Of a DNA stretch of 64,000 nt, positions 50,041 through 61,942 are shown piece by piece. Source of the DNA: Escherichia coli. GTDB lineage: Bacteria > Pseudomonadota > Gammaproteobacteria > Enterobacterales > Enterobacteriaceae. Within the stretch, counting starts at the first letter, position 1. Each line of letters begins with the position of its first letter. The notes under the pieces were generated by a model. It searched no databases. It saw only the letters and a list, made by a program, of their open reading frames with translations, and was not told the DNA's origin. The stretch lies in NCBI RefSeq assembly GCF_003334785.1, contig NZ_QOWV01000015.1, one strand, 5' to 3'. A program made the position numbers and the translations under genes.

Positions 50041-50385
50041 TTACACCGCAGCCACAATCTTAATTTCAACTTTATACTTCGGGTTCATCAAACCCGCTTG
50101 TACCGTGCAGCGCACCGGCGCATGACCCGCGACAACCCAGGCATCCCACGCTTTATTCATCGCCGCGAAGTCGTTTTTATCGGCCAGGAAAATGGTGGCA
50201 TCCAGAATGCTCGATTTATTGCTGCCCTGTTTTTCCAGCACGGCGTCAATCTGTGCCAGCGTGTTGGCGGTTTGCTCAAAGGCATCGGCGTCGAGGTTTT
50301 CCGGTACACCAGTGTAGTAGAGCGTGTTGTTGTGGATTACTACATCAGACCAGCGGGCTTCAGCATCGATACGAACGATAGTCAT
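50041..50385 (-). CDS. yoaB: RidA/YjgF-family protein YoaB
   Basis: Start trimmed to MTIVRIDAEARWSDVVIHNNTLYYTG (114 aa). Confidence 0.8.
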   Translation of the reverse strand: MTIVRIDAEARWSDVVIHNNTLYYTGVPENLDADAFEQTANTLAQIDAVLEKQGSNKSSILDATIFLADKNDFAAMNKAWDAWVVAGHAPVRCTVQAGLMNPKYKVEIKIVAAV

Positions 50386-50516
50386 CATTTTGTCCTCATT
50401 ATACTTCCATTTTCGTGCTGCAAAGACTGCCACAATGTGAGGTCGCCGTCACCACTTCAACTGGCGAAAGCGCCCTCATCCTGACATAATCCCTGTTCAA
50501 ATCAACAGGGGGTAGT

Positions 50517-52427
50517 GTGACGGACGATTTTGCACCAGACGGTCAGCTGGCGAAAGCGATACCAGGCTTTAAGCCGCGAGAACCACAGCGACAGATGGCG
50601 GTAGCCGTCACCCAGGCGATAGAAAAAGGCCAGCCGCTGGTGGTGGAAGCAGGAACCGGTACGGGCAAAACCTACGCTTACCTGGCTCCTGCGCTGCGGG
50701 CGAAAAAGAAAGTCATTATCTCGACCGGCTCAAAAGCGTTGCAGGATCAGCTCTACAGCCGCGATTTGCCAACAGTCTCAAAGGCATTGAAATATACGGG
50801 CAACGTGGCGCTGCTGAAAGGGCGCTCAAACTACCTCTGCCTCGAACGTCTCGAACAGCAGGCGCTGGCGGGGGGCGATCTGCCGGTACAAATCTTAAGC
50901 GATGTGATCCTGCTGCGCTCCTGGTCTAATCAAACAGTCGATGGTGATATCAGCACCTGCGTCAGCGTGGCGGAAGATTCACAGGCGTGGCCGCTGGTCA
51001 CCAGCACCAACGACAACTGTCTTGGCAGCGACTGCCCGATGTATAAAGATTGCTTTGTGGTCAAAGCACGTAAAAAAGCGATGGACGCCGATGTGGTGGT
51101 GGTAAACCATCATCTCTTTCTGGCGGATATGGTGGTTAAAGAGAGTGGATTTGGCGAACTGATCCCGGAAGCGGACGTCATGATCTTCGACGAAGCCCAC
51201 CAGCTACCGGACATTGCCAGCCAGTATTTTGGTCAGTCACTCTCCAGTCGACAACTGCTCGACCTGGCAAAAGACATCACCATCGCCTACCGCACCGAAT
51301 TAAAAGACACCCAGCAGTTACAAAAGTGCGCTGATCGTCTTGCCCAGAGTGCGCAGGATTTTCGTCTGCAACTCGGTGAGCCAGGTTATCGCGGTAACCT
51401 GCGTGAGCTGTTAGCTAATCCGCAAATTCAGCGGGCATTTTTACTGCTCGATGACACCCTGGAACTTTGTTATGACGTGGCGAAACTGTCACTGGGGCGT
51501 TCCGCCTTGCTGGATGCGGCATTTGAGCGCGCCACGTTGTATCGCACACGGCTGAAGCGGCTAAAAGAGATCAATCAGCCGGGCTACAGCTACTGGTACG
51601 AATGCACTTCGCGCCATTTTACTCTGGCTCTCACGCCGCTCAGCGTGGCGGATAAATTCAAAGAGTTAATGGCGCAAAAACCCGGTAGCTGGATCTTCAC
51701 CTCAGCAACGCTGTCGGTGAACGACGATCTGCATCATTTCACCTCGCGGCTTGGCATCGAACAGGCCGAGTCGTTGCTGTTGCCCAGCCCATTTGATTAC
51801 AGCCGCCAGGCGTTACTCTGTGTGCCGCGCAATCTGCCGCAAACCAACCAGCCAGGTTCTGCTCGCCAGTTAGCGGCAATGCTGCGACCGATCATCGAAG
51901 CTAACAACGGTCGTTGTTTTATGCTTTGTACCTCGCACGCCATGATGCGCGATCTGGCCGAGCAGTTCCGCGCTACCATGACGCTTCCTGTATTGTTGCA
52001 GGGGGAAACCAGCAAAGGGCAACTGTTGCAGCAATTTGTCAGCGCCGGTAATGCGCTTCTTGTGGCAACCAGCAGTTTCTGGGAAGGGGTGGACGTGCGT
52101 GGCGATACATTGTCATTGGTAATTATCGACAAATTGCCGTTTACCTCGCCGGATGATCCACTGTTAAAAGCGCGCATGGAAGATTGTCGTTTGCGCGGTG
52201 GCGACCCGTTCGATGAAGTGCAACTACCAGATGCCGTCATTACTCTCAAACAGGGGGTAGGGCGACTGATTCGCGACGCCGACGATCGTGGCGTGCTGGT
52301 GATTTGTGACAATCGGCTGGTGATGCGTCCTTACGGCGCGACGTTTCTCGCCAGTCTGCCGCCCGCGCCACGCACCCGTGACATTGCCCGTGCGGTTCGT
52401 TTCCTTGCGATACCATCCTCCAGGTAA
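50517..52427 (+). CDS. yoaA: DinG-family Fe-S ATP-dependent DNA helicase YoaA
   Basis: 636-aa ORF, GTG start; Walker A GTGKT, DEAH box FDEAHQL, Cys cluster in helicase domain 1. Confidence 0.9.
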   Translation: MTDDFAPDGQLAKAIPGFKPREPQRQMAVAVTQAIEKGQPLVVEAGTGTGKTYAYLAPALRAKKKVIISTGSKALQDQLYSRDLPTVSKALKYTGNVALLKGRSNYLCLERLEQQALAGGDLPVQILSDVILLRSWSNQTVDGDISTCVSVAEDSQAWPLVTSTNDNCLGSDCPMYKDCFVVKARKKAMDADVVVVNHHLFLADMVVKESGFGELIPEADVMIFDEAHQLPDIASQYFGQSLSSRQLLDLAKDITIAYRTELKDTQQLQKCADRLAQSAQDFRLQLGEPGYRGNLRELLANPQIQRAFLLLDDTLELCYDVAKLSLGRSALLDAAFERATLYRTRLKRLKEINQPGYSYWYECTSRHFTLALTPLSVADKFKELMAQKPGSWIFTSATLSVNDDLHHFTSRLGIEQAESLLLPSPFDYSRQALLCVPRNLPQTNQPGSARQLAAMLRPIIEANNGRCFMLCTSHAMMRDLAEQFRATMTLPVLLQGETSKGQLLQQFVSAGNALLVATSSFWEGVDVRGDTLSLVIIDKLPFTSPDDPLLKARMEDCRLRGGDPFDEVQLPDAVITLKQGVGRLIRDADDRGVLVICDNRLVMRPYGATFLASLPPAPRTRDIARAVRFLAIPSSR

Positions 52428-52484
52428 TTTGTTACGGAGTATGGTATGATGCGCGCCTTTTTATTGATCTAAGCACGAAGACCC

Positions 52485-53180
52485 ATGCGAATTCTGGCTA
52501 TCGATACCGCGACAGAGGCCTGCTCTGTCGCCCTGTGGAACGACGGTACTGTCAACGCTCATTTTGAGCTTTGCCCTCGTGAACATACTCAACGAATCTT
52601 ACCGATGGTGCAGGATATCCTGACCACCAGCGGAACTTCCCTGACTGATATTAACGCTCTGGCTTACGGGCGCGGCCCCGGTAGCTTTACTGGCGTGCGC
52701 ATTGGTATTGGCATCGCGCAAGGGCTGGCGCTTGGCGCGGAATTACCGATGATTGGCGTCTCCACGCTAATGACGATGGCGCAAGGGGCGTGGCGCAAAA
52801 ACGGCGCAACCCGCGTGCTGGCAGCCATTGACGCGCGAATGGGCGAAGTTTACTGGGCCGAATATCAGCGTGATGAAAACGGTATCTGGCACGGTGAAGA
52901 AACCGAAGCCGTACTCAAACCCGAAATCGTCCATGAACGAATGCAACAGCTTTCCGGCGAATGGGTGACGGTAGGGACGGGCTGGCAAGCTTGGCCGGAT
53001 CTCGGTAAAGAGAGCGGGCTGGTTTTGCGCGATGGCGAAGTGTTACTGCCTGCTGCTGAAGATATGCTGCCGATTGCGTGTCAGATGTTTGCTGAGGGTA
53101 AAACGGTGGCGGTGGAACATGCCGAACCGGTTTATTTACGTAACAACGTCGCATGGAAGAAACTTCCGGGCAAAGAATGA
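52485..53180 (+). CDS. tsaB: tRNA t6A biosynthesis protein TsaB (YeaZ)
   Basis: 231-aa [24 protein letters not shown]..., inactive Kae1/TsaD-like fold. Confidence 0.9.
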   Translation: MRILAIDTATEACSVALWNDGTVNAHFELCPREHTQRILPMVQDILTTSGTSLTDINALAYGRGPGSFTGVRIGIGIAQGLALGAELPMIGVSTLMTMAQGAWRKNGATRVLAAIDARMGEVYWAEYQRDENGIWHGEETEAVLKPEIVHERMQQLSGEWVTVGTGWQAWPDLGKESGLVLRDGEVLLPAAEDMLPIACQMFAEGKTVAVEHAEPVYLRNNVAWKKLPGKE

Positions 53181-53219
53181 ATCTTAAGAGTATGCCCTGA
53201 GAAAAAAAGGAGTCGCACC

Positions 53220-53801
53220 ATGGCGGTTCAAAAGAATGTTATCAAAGGCATACTGGCAGGTACGTTTGCGCTAATGCTGAGCGGTTGTGTCACTGTGCCG
53301 GACGCCATTAAAGGCAGCAGTCCCACGCCGCAACAAGATTTAGTTCGGGTGATGAGTGCGCCGCAGCTGTACGTTGGTCAGGAGGCACGCTTTGGTGGCA
53401 AAGTGGTTGCGGTACAAAACCAGCAAGGGAAAACTCGCCTGGAAATTGCTACCGTACCGCTGGACAGCGGAGCCAGACCGACGCTGGGAGAACTTTCTCG
53501 CGGTCGCATTTATGCCGATGTGAACGGTTTTCTGGACCCGGTGGATTTCCGTGGACAACTGGTTACGGTAGTCGGGCCAATCACTGGTGCGGTTGACGGC
53601 AAAATCGGCAATACGCCCTATAAATTTATGGTGATGCAAGTAACGGGTTACAAACGTTGGCATTTAACCCAGCAGGTGATTATGCCGCCTCAGCCGATTG
53701 ATCCATGGTTTTATGGCGGTCGTGGCTGGCCCTATGGCTACGGCGGATGGGGCTGGTATAATCCCGGCCCCGCGAGAGTACAAACAGTTGTAACTGAATA
53801 A
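53220..53801 (+). CDS. yeaY: Slp-family outer membrane lipoprotein YeaY
   Basis: 193-aa ORF with lipoprotein signal (LSGC lipobox). Confidence 0.85.
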   Translation: MAVQKNVIKGILAGTFALMLSGCVTVPDAIKGSSPTPQQDLVRVMSAPQLYVGQEARFGGKVVAVQNQQGKTRLEIATVPLDSGARPTLGELSRGRIYADVNGFLDPVDFRGQLVTVVGPITGAVDGKIGNTPYKFMVMQVTGYKRWHLTQQVIMPPQPIDPWFYGGRGWPYGYGGWGWYNPGPARVQTVVTE

Positions 53802-53916
53802 TTGCTTGTTTTTAAAGAAAAAGAAACAGCGGCTGGTCCGCTGTTTCTGCATTCTTACGGTAAAGATAAAAATAAATAGTGACGCGCTTCGCAACCTTTT
53901 CGTTGGGTAATTATCA

Positions 53917-53933
53917 AGCTGGTATGATGAGTT
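53917..53933. promoter_or_regulatory. FadR operator upstream of fadD
   Basis: AGCTGGTATGATGAGTT fits the FadR consensus at 14 of 17 positions; about 75 bp upstream of the fadD start. Confidence 0.55.
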
Positions 53934-54005
53934 AATATTATGTTAACGGCATGTATATCATTTGGGGTTGCGATGACGACGAACACGCATTTTAGAGGTG
54001 AAGAA

Positions 54006-55691
54006 TTGAAGAAGGTTTGGCTTAACCGTTATCCCGCGGACGTTCCGACGGAGATCAACCCTGACCGTTATCAATCTCTGGTAGATATGTTTGAGCAGTC
54101 GGTCGCGCGCTACGCCGATCAACCTGCGTTTGTGAATATGGGGGAGGTAATGACCTTCCGCAAGCTGGAAGAACGCAGTCGCGCGTTTGCCGCTTATTTG
54201 CAACAAGGGTTGGGGCTGAAGAAAGGCGATCGCGTTGCGTTGATGATGCCTAATTTATTGCAATATCCGGTGGCGCTGTTTGGCATTTTGCGTGCCGGGA
54301 TGATCGTCGTAAACGTTAACCCGTTGTATACCCCGCGTGAGCTTGAGCATCAGCTTAACGATAGCGGCGCATCGGCGATTGTTATCGTGTCTAACTTTGC
54401 TCACACACTGGAAAAAGTGGTTGATAAAACCGCCGTTCAGCACGTAATTCTGACCCGTATGGGCGATCAGCTATCTACGGCAAAAGGCACGGTAGTCAAT
54501 TTCGTTGTTAAATACATCAAGCGTTTGGTGCCGAAATACCATCTGCCAGATGCCATTTCATTTCGTAGCGCACTGCATAACGGCTACCGGATGCAGTACG
54601 TCAAACCCGAACTGGTGCCGGAAGATTTAGCTTTTCTGCAATACACCGGCGGCACCACTGGTGTGGCGAAAGGCGCGATGCTGACTCACCGCAATATGCT
54701 GGCGAACCTGGAACAGGTTAACGCGACCTATGGTCCGCTGTTGCATCCGGGCAAAGAGCTGGTGGTGACGGCGCTGCCGCTGTATCACATTTTTGCCCTG
54801 ACCATTAACTGCCTGCTGTTTATCGAACTGGGTGGGCAGAACCTGCTTATCACTAACCCGCGCGATATTCCAGGGTTGGTAAAAGAGTTAGCGAAATATC
54901 CGTTTACCGCTATCACGGGCGTTAACACCTTGTTCAATGCGTTGCTGAACAATAAAGAGTTCCAGCAGCTGGATTTCTCCAGTCTGCATCTTTCCGCAGG
55001 CGGTGGGATGCCAGTGCAGCAAGTGGTGGCAGAGCGTTGGGTGAAACTGACCGGACAGTATCTGCTGGAAGGCTATGGCCTTACCGAGTGTGCGCCGCTG
55101 GTCAGCGTTAACCCATATGATATTGATTATCATAGTGGTAGCATCGGTTTGCCGGTGCCGTCGACGGAAGCCAAACTGGTGGATGATGATGATAATGAAG
55201 TACCACCAGGTCAACCGGGTGAGCTTTGTGTCAAAGGACCGCAGGTGATGCTGGGTTACTGGCAGCGTCCCGATGCTACCGATGAAATCATCAAAAATGG
55301 CTGGTTACACACCGGCGACATCGCGGTAATGGATGAAGAAGGATTCCTGCGCATTGTCGATCGTAAAAAAGACATGATTCTGGTTTCCGGTTTTAACGTC
55401 TATCCCAACGAGATTGAAGATGTCGTCATGCAGCATCCTGGCGTACAGGAAGTCGCGGCTGTTGGCGTACCTTCCGGCTCCAGTGGTGAAGCGGTGAAAA
55501 TCTTCGTAGTGAAAAAAGATCCATCGCTTACCGAAGAGTCACTGGTGACTTTTTGCCGCCGTCAGCTCACGGGATACAAAGTACCGAAGCTGGTGGAGTT
55601 TCGTGATGAGTTACCGAAATCTAACGTCGGAAAAATTTTGCGACGAGAATTACGTGACGAAGCGCGCGGCAAAGTGGACAATAAAGCCTGA
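54006..55691 (+). CDS. fadD: Long-chain-fatty-acid--CoA ligase FadD
   Basis: 561 aa from TTG start ([14 protein letters not shown]); AMP-binding signature [12 protein letters not shown]. Confidence 0.92.
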
Positions 55692-55710
55692 GCGTTAAGT
55701 CAGTCGTCAG

Positions 55711-55737
55711 ACGCCGGTTAATCCGGCGTTTTTTTTG
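55711..55737 (+). terminator. Rho-independent terminator after fadD
   Basis: ACGCCGG TTAA TCCGGCGT followed by TTTTTTTT. Confidence 0.7.
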
Positions 55738-55760
55738 ACGCCCACTAAAGAGAAAACAAT

Positions 55761-56888
55761 TTGAATTACCAAATGATTACCACGGACGATGCGCTGGCTT
55801 CTTTGTGTGAAGCCGTCCGTGCCTTTCCGGCGATAGCCCTGGATACTGAATTTGTTCGTACGCGCACTTATTACCCGCAGCTGGGGTTGATTCAACTTTT
55901 CGATGGCGAGCATCTGGCGCTAATCGATCCACTCGGGATCACCGACTGGTCACCGCTGAAAGCGATCCTGCGCGATCCGTCCATCACAAAATTTCTCCAT
56001 GCAGGCAGTGAAGATCTGGAAGTGTTCCTCAATGTCTTTGGCGAATTACCACAACCCTTGATTGACACGCAAATCCTTGCTGCCTTCTGCGGACGCCCGA
56101 TGTCATGGGGTTTCGCTTCCATGGTGGAAGAGTATTCCGGCGTTACGCTGGACAAGAGTGAATCGCGCACCGACTGGCTGGCCAGACCGCTGACCGAACG
56201 TCAGTGTGAATACGCAGCGGCGGATGTCTGGTATCTGTTACCGATCACCGCCAAGCTTATGGTAGAAACGGAGGCCTCCGGCTGGCTACCTGCGGCGCTG
56301 GATGAATGCCGCCTGATGCAAATGCGTCGTCAGGAAGTCGTTGCGCCGGAAGATGCCTGGCGTGATATCACCAATGCCTGGCAATTACGCACACGCCAAC
56401 TGGCCTGTCTGCAACTGTTAGCCGACTGGCGACTGCGCAAGGCGCGAGAGCGCGATCTGGCGGTGAACTTTGTCGTGCGTGAAGAGCATTTGTGGTCGGT
56501 AGCGCGTTATATGCCGGGAAGTTTAGGCGAACTGGACAGCCTGGGTTTATCCGGTAGCGAAATCCGCTTTCACGGTAAAACGCTGCTAGCGCTGGTGGAA
56601 AAAGCGCAGACATTGCCGGAAGATGCCTTACCGCAGCCGATGCTTAACCTGATGGACATGCCGGGTTATCGTAAAGCGTTTAAAGCGATTAAGTCGCTGA
56701 TTACTGACGTGAGCGAAACGCATAAGATCAGCGCCGAATTGCTGGCATCGCGTCGGCAAATCAACCAACTGCTGAACTGGCACTGGAAACTGAAACCGCA
56801 GAACAATTTGCCGGAGCTGATTTCCGGCTGGCGTGGTGAGCTGATGGCGGAAGCATTACACAATTTATTGCAGGAATATCCGCAGTAA
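55761..56888 (+). CDS. rnd: Ribonuclease D
   Basis: 375-aa ORF from TTG start; DEDDy exonuclease motifs (ALDTEF) and HRDC domains. Confidence 0.9.
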   Translation: MNYQMITTDDALASLCEAVRAFPAIALDTEFVRTRTYYPQLGLIQLFDGEHLALIDPLGITDWSPLKAILRDPSITKFLHAGSEDLEVFLNVFGELPQPLIDTQILAAFCGRPMSWGFASMVEEYSGVTLDKSESRTDWLARPLTERQCEYAAADVWYLLPITAKLMVETEASGWLPAALDECRLMQMRRQEVVAPEDAWRDITNAWQLRTRQLACLQLLADWRLRKARERDLAVNFVVREEHLWSVARYMPGSLGELDSLGLSGSEIRFHGKTLLALVEKAQTLPEDALPQPMLNLMDMPGYRKAFKAIKSLITDVSETHKISAELLASRRQINQLLNWHWKLKPQNNLPELISGWRGELMAEALHNLLQEYPQ

Positions 56889-56941
56889 AATCTTCCGAAG
56901 CCGGACTGGGCGCGCTCAGCGCCACATCCGGCTTCGGCAAA

Positions 56942-57907
56942 CTACAAATCCAACACCAGGCGTTTACCCTTCGCACGCGAACAACAGATCAACATACTTT
57001 GCTGGCTGGCACGCTCTTCATCGCTAAAATATTGATCCCGATGGTCAGCTTCACCTTCCAGTATTGCTGTTTCGCAGGTTCCGCATACCCCTTCACGACA
57101 TAAACATTCCACTTTCGCGGCTTTATTATTTTCAATAACCTGCAAAATAGTCATCTCTTCCGGCACCACAAACTCTTTTCCGGAACGGGCAAGCACCAGG
57201 GTAAATGCATCGCCGGTTTTGTCTTCGATAGCAAATTGCTCAAAGTGCAGCGTATCGGCGGCGATGTCCAGACGCGCAGCTTCACTTCTTACCGCTTCAA
57301 TTAGCGCCTCGGGGCCACAGGTATAAACGTGTGTGCCAGGTTCGATATCCGCCAATAATCGCGCTAATTCCAGTCGTGTTCCGGTTGATGAATGATGCAA
57401 ATGGACTTTCTCAGCCTGCGGATGCTGGACTAGCTCATCACGAAATGCGCAACTTTCTGGATTTCGCGAGCAGTAATGTAGCTGCCAGTCGACGTCGCTG
57501 TGTTGCAGCTCTGCCATGTGCGACAGGAAAGGGGTGATACCAATACCGCCCGCGATAAACAGATGCTTTCTGGCTGAGGGAATTAGCGCAAACAGGTTAT
57601 TAGGCGTTGAAATCGTTAACCGATCGCCCACTTTTACCTGCTGATGCAAAAAGCGGGAACCGCCGCGCGAGTTTTCCTCCAGCCGAACGGCAATCTGATA
57701 ACAAGAGGTGTCATGCGGCGAACTCAGTAGTGAATACGCATTGCTGTACTGGTTATCACCATCGCTCATCTGCACAATGACGTGACTTCCTCCGGTAAAC
57801 GCAGGTAATGGTTTGCCATCGGTTGCCACCAGCGTGAAGCGTTTCACCTGTTCGGTAAGGGGTTCAACCTGGCTCACCTGTACTTCAAACATTTGATAGT
57901 CTGACAT
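56942..57907 (-). CDS. yeaX: Oxygenase reductase subunit YeaX (FNR-like + 2Fe-2S ferredoxin)
   Basis: 321-aa ORF; C-terminal plant-type ferredoxin Cys motif CREGVCGTCE. Confidence 0.88.
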   Translation of the reverse strand: MSDYQMFEVQVSQVEPLTEQVKRFTLVATDGKPLPAFTGGSHVIVQMSDGDNQYSNAYSLLSSPHDTSCYQIAVRLEENSRGGSRFLHQQVKVGDRLTISTPNNLFALIPSARKHLFIAGGIGITPFLSHMAELQHSDVDWQLHYCSRNPESCAFRDELVQHPQAEKVHLHHSSTGTRLELARLLADIEPGTHVYTCGPEALIEAVRSEAARLDIAADTLHFEQFAIEDKTGDAFTLVLARSGKEFVVPEEMTILQVIENNKAAKVECLCREGVCGTCETAILEGEADHRDQYFSDEERASQQSMLICCSRAKGKRLVLDL

Positions 57908-57962
57908 TGCTGTACTCCATCAAAAATCAGCCCAGCGGCGGAAAATACCGCCGCCGATGTCA

Positions 57963-59087
57963 TTAGTCCTTAAACACCTGCGCCAGCAGATTATGGAAAT
58001 GGGCGATACCATGTTCGGAAATGCCACTACCGCTACTGTCGGCCATGATGCGCCCCTGACCACGATAGCCACGCGATTTCAGCCCTTTCTGTACGCTTTC
58101 AACCAGACGTAAATCTTCCGGACGGAACACATCGCGATACCACTCAATCAGCGATTTTTGCTCGTCGGTTAACTCTTCATTGGTGAAGTAAATATCGTAG
58201 TTTTGCAGGGTAGTTTCAGAATCCACCGGGAATTCATAAATGACCGTCATCATCCCTTTGATCGGGGTGACGTTCAGCATCGTGCACGGCCACAGCCAGA
58301 AACCGTGGAATGCCGCATCCGTACCCTCTTCAAATTTAAACGACTGTTCGGACGGTTTGGCGAAACCGTATTGCAGCGTCCAGTTACCGTGCATGGTGTG
58401 CCAGTAACGATCAACCTGTACGGAGTCGGAGAAACCTGGATGCGCCGGACCACAGTGATAGCACTCGAGATAGTTATCGACAATGTTCTTCCAGTTGGCA
58501 GGCGTGCGGGTGGTAAAGCGGGCCGCCAGTTTCAGATCGTGGACTTCCGGGCAGGCTTCCAGCACTTTCGCGCCCAGGCCGGGTAATTGATCTTCTACGC
58601 TGGTGGCGTTGGGGTCCATGTTGATGAAGACGAATCCGGCATATTCTTCCAGACGCACCGGAACCAGTTGCGCTTTGTCGCTATCGAAATTGGCGACGTT
58701 TTCGCAGTTACGTGCATGGGCCAGGTTGCCATCGAGTTTGAATGCCCATGCGTGATACGGGCAGGTAATCACATTTTTTGCTTTTCCTTCACCGCTCAAC
58801 AACTGATGACCACGGTGCGGACACACGTTATAGAACGCGCGCAAAACCTTATCACGACCGCGTACCAGCACGATGCTTTCGCCAATGATCTCACGCGTCA
58901 CATAATCATTGGCATTCGCCAGTTCGCTGCTGTGAGCGACGCAAATCCAGATTTTGGCGAAGACGTTCTCTTTTTCGTGTTCAAACGCGTTCTGATCGGT
59001 ATAAAAACGGGCAGGAATGGTCCACGCCTCTTGCGGGTTAGCGCAAAAATTTTCGGGTAGTACAAAGTCAGGGCTCAGATTGCTCAT
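57963..59087 (-). CDS. yeaW: Rieske non-heme iron oxygenase subunit YeaW (carnitine monooxygenase-like)
   Basis: Start trimmed to MSNLSPDFVLPENF (374 aa); Rieske motif CPHRGH...CPYHAW. Confidence 0.88.
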   Translation of the reverse strand: MSNLSPDFVLPENFCANPQEAWTIPARFYTDQNAFEHEKENVFAKIWICVAHSSELANANDYVTREIIGESIVLVRGRDKVLRAFYNVCPHRGHQLLSGEGKAKNVITCPYHAWAFKLDGNLAHARNCENVANFDSDKAQLVPVRLEEYAGFVFINMDPNATSVEDQLPGLGAKVLEACPEVHDLKLAARFTTRTPANWKNIVDNYLECYHCGPAHPGFSDSVQVDRYWHTMHGNWTLQYGFAKPSEQSFKFEEGTDAAFHGFWLWPCTMLNVTPIKGMMTVIYEFPVDSETTLQNYDIYFTNEELTDEQKSLIEWYRDVFRPEDLRLVESVQKGLKSRGYRGQGRIMADSSGSGISEHGIAHFHNLLAQVFKD

Positions 59088-59118
59088 AGGGATACCTTTA
59101 TCGTTAGGATGATGGCGC

Positions 59119-60564
59119 TCAGTTGTCGCCTTTGAATACGGTTCCCGCAGGGAGCACTGGCGTTTTTTCCAGGGCTTCAACCGGTGTCTGCGGGAGATAA
59201 TGTTCAACTTGATGAGCCGGAATGTCGGCGTAATCCTGTTTCAGCCAGCGAATAAACCCGCCGACTTTCACCAGTAAAATGACGAGGAAGGGAAGGGCTG
59301 TGAGCACGACGGTGGTTTTCATCGTTTCCAGCGAAGCACCGGTAAACAAGATGGAAAGCGGGATCAGAGTGATCACCACGCACCAGAAAAGACGCAGCCC
59401 ACGGTCAGGATCGTCACCTTCCTGGAGATTACGCGTACTGGTCGCCGCCATGGTGTAGGCCACTGCATCCATATGCGAGGCAAGGAAAATAATCATCACG
59501 CCCAGGTATGCGGCGAGGAACAATTTACCGGCTGGCAACGACATCAGAACTTGCTGTACAGCTGTTTCGCCGCCCAGTGTTTCCAGCACCTGTGGGACGT
59601 TGATTACGCCATTGATAAACTGATGAATGGCATAGCTTTCCATTACGCCAAAGAAGAACCAGCAACCGACGGTGCTGCCGAGGATCAGTCCCCAGATAAC
59701 TTCTTTAATCTTACGACCGCGGGAAACGCGGGTGACAAACATTGCTACGCCAGGGGTGTATGAGATCCACCACAGCCAGTAGAAAACGGTCCAGTTGCGG
59801 GTAAATGAACCATCGCCAAGCGGATCGGTGAATAAGCTCATTTGCAGGAAGTTTTGCGTGGTCAGGCCGATGGCATTGATGATGCTGTTGGTAATAAATT
59901 CGGTTGGGCCGACAATCAGCACCAGTAATGGCAGCAGGAACGCGCCCCAGCCAACCATTTTGCTCAGACGTTGCAAACCGTTGTTGATACCAATCCACGA
60001 GCTTAGGCAAAAAATGCCGCCGGAAAGCAGGATCACAAATGCCTGCACGGTGAAGTTATCGGGTAAACCGGTCAGCGCGGAAAGCCCACGGGTAAAGGTT
60101 GCTGCGGTAACAACAAGGGAAATGGTCAGTGCGCCGACAGTGGCGATCAGGAACATCAAATCGACCAGTTTTCCCCATGGGCCTTGCGGGCGAACGCCGG
60201 TAATAGCAGCAATAATGCCGGAAAGGCTCAGACCTTTGTTTTTCCGCACATGAAAGTGATAAGCCATGATTAATGAGGCCAGCGTATAAGTTGCCCAGGC
60301 GCTGATGCCCCAGTGGAAGAAAGAGTAGGGAACGCTAAATTCGAGTGCCTGTTGTGAACGCGGTGCGATATTTAATCCAGGTGTTTGATAATAATAGGCC
60401 CATTCAGCAACCCCCCAATAAAGCGTAGAAGAACCTAAACCGGCACAAATAAACATAAACAGCCAGGAGAGCGTGCTGTATTCCGGTTTTCCTTCGCCAA
60501 GACGAATATTGCCGTATTTACTGGTGGCTAAATAAATCACCAGTCCCATTGCCAGCAAAACCAA
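59119..60564 (-). CDS. yeaV: BCCT-family transporter YeaV
   Basis: 481-aa polytopic membrane ORF immediately upstream of yeaW. Confidence 0.85.
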
Positions 60565-60705
60565 TACCTGTACGGCGGAACCTAACGTACGCGTAACAAA
60601 ATTTGCATGTTACATAAATTAAACAATTAAGAATACGGAAAGCCATAAAACACGAAACGGAAACAATAAAAGGTGAAATGACGCAGGTTATTTACTGCAA
60701 AGAAC

Positions 60706-60735
60706 GAATAAAAAAACCGCGTCAGTGACGCGGTT
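60706..60735 (-). terminator. Rho-independent terminator after dmlA
   Basis: On the minus strand GAACCGCGTCACTGACGCGGTTTTTTT. Confidence 0.6.
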
Positions 60736-60754
60736 CAAATAAACTGGTTTGACC

Positions 60755-61840
60755 TTAACGCAAAATAATTTTGCAAATCGCGTCGGCAACCTGTGGCGTG
60801 GTGGCATTGCCTTTCATATCAGGTGTTTTCGGCCCGTGAGCAATCACTTCTTCAATTGCTGCCAGAATACCGTTATGCGCTTGCTGGAAACGCTCATCGC
60901 CATTGCCGAGAAAATCGAGCATCATTGCCCCGGCCCAAATCGTGGCGATAGGGTTAGCAATATTTTTCCCGTAGATATCCGGCGCGGAACCGTGGACAGG
61001 CTCGAAGAGCGACGGGAAAGTGCGTTCCGGATTCAGGTTGGCGGATGGGGCAATGCCAATGGTGCCGGTGCAGGCCGGGCCAAGATCGGAAAGGATATCG
61101 CCAAACAAATTGGACGCCACCACCACATCGAATCGTTCCGGCTGCATCACAAAACGCGCGCAGAGAATATCAATATGCTGCTTGTCCCAGCGGATCTCCG
61201 GGTAATTCTCGGCCATTGCTTCCACTCGCTCATCCCAGTACGGCATGCTGATGGCTAAACCGTTCGATTTAGTGGCAGAAGTTAGTGTCTTACGTGGACG
61301 GCTTTGCGCAAGTTCGAAGGCATAACGCAAAATGCGATCGACACCACGGCGGGTAAATACCGATTCCTGAATGACGACTTCATGCTCTGTACCTTCATTC
61401 ACTCTACCGCCGAGCGAGGAATATTCGCCTTCGGTGTTTTCCCTGACCACGTAAAAATCGATGTCGCCAGGCTGTTTTCCCGCCAGCGGGCAGGGAACGC
61501 CAGGAAAGAGACGAACCGGGCGCAGGTTGACGTACTGGTCGAATTCACGACGAAATTTCAGCAGCGAACCCCACAACGAAATATGGTCCGGAACGGTATC
61601 CGGCCAGCCGACGGCACCAAAATAGATGGCGTCGAAACGGCTAAGTTGCTCATGCCAGTCGTCCGGCATCATTTTACCGTGATGGCTGTAATACTCGCAG
61701 CTCGCCCACTCCATTTGCTCAAAACTCAAGGCGAAGCCCCAGCGCTCAGCGGCAGCCTGTAACACGCGAATCCCTTCAGGAAGGACTTCTTTGCCAATCC
61801 CGTCTCCCGGGATCGCAGCAATACGCATCGTTTTCATCAT
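60755..61840 (-). CDS. dmlA: D-malate dehydrogenase (decarboxylating) DmlA (YeaU)
   Basis: 361-aa ORF, isocitrate/isopropylmalate dehydrogenase family. Confidence 0.9.
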   Translation of the reverse strand: MMKTMRIAAIPGDGIGKEVLPEGIRVLQAAAERWGFALSFEQMEWASCEYYSHHGKMMPDDWHEQLSRFDAIYFGAVGWPDTVPDHISLWGSLLKFRREFDQYVNLRPVRLFPGVPCPLAGKQPGDIDFYVVRENTEGEYSSLGGRVNEGTEHEVVIQESVFTRRGVDRILRYAFELAQSRPRKTLTSATKSNGLAISMPYWDERVEAMAENYPEIRWDKQHIDILCARFVMQPERFDVVVASNLFGDILSDLGPACTGTIGIAPSANLNPERTFPSLFEPVHGSAPDIYGKNIANPIATIWAGAMMLDFLGNGDERFQQAHNGILAAIEEVIAHGPKTPDMKGNATTPQVADAICKIILR

Positions 61841-61942
61841 TGGGTTCTCACTTCCTGACCATCAAAATTGACAACATCACCATCCTATAATTGACTGAAA
61901 AGGAATTAATCCCCGTAACTGGTGAAACATAAAACACGAATC

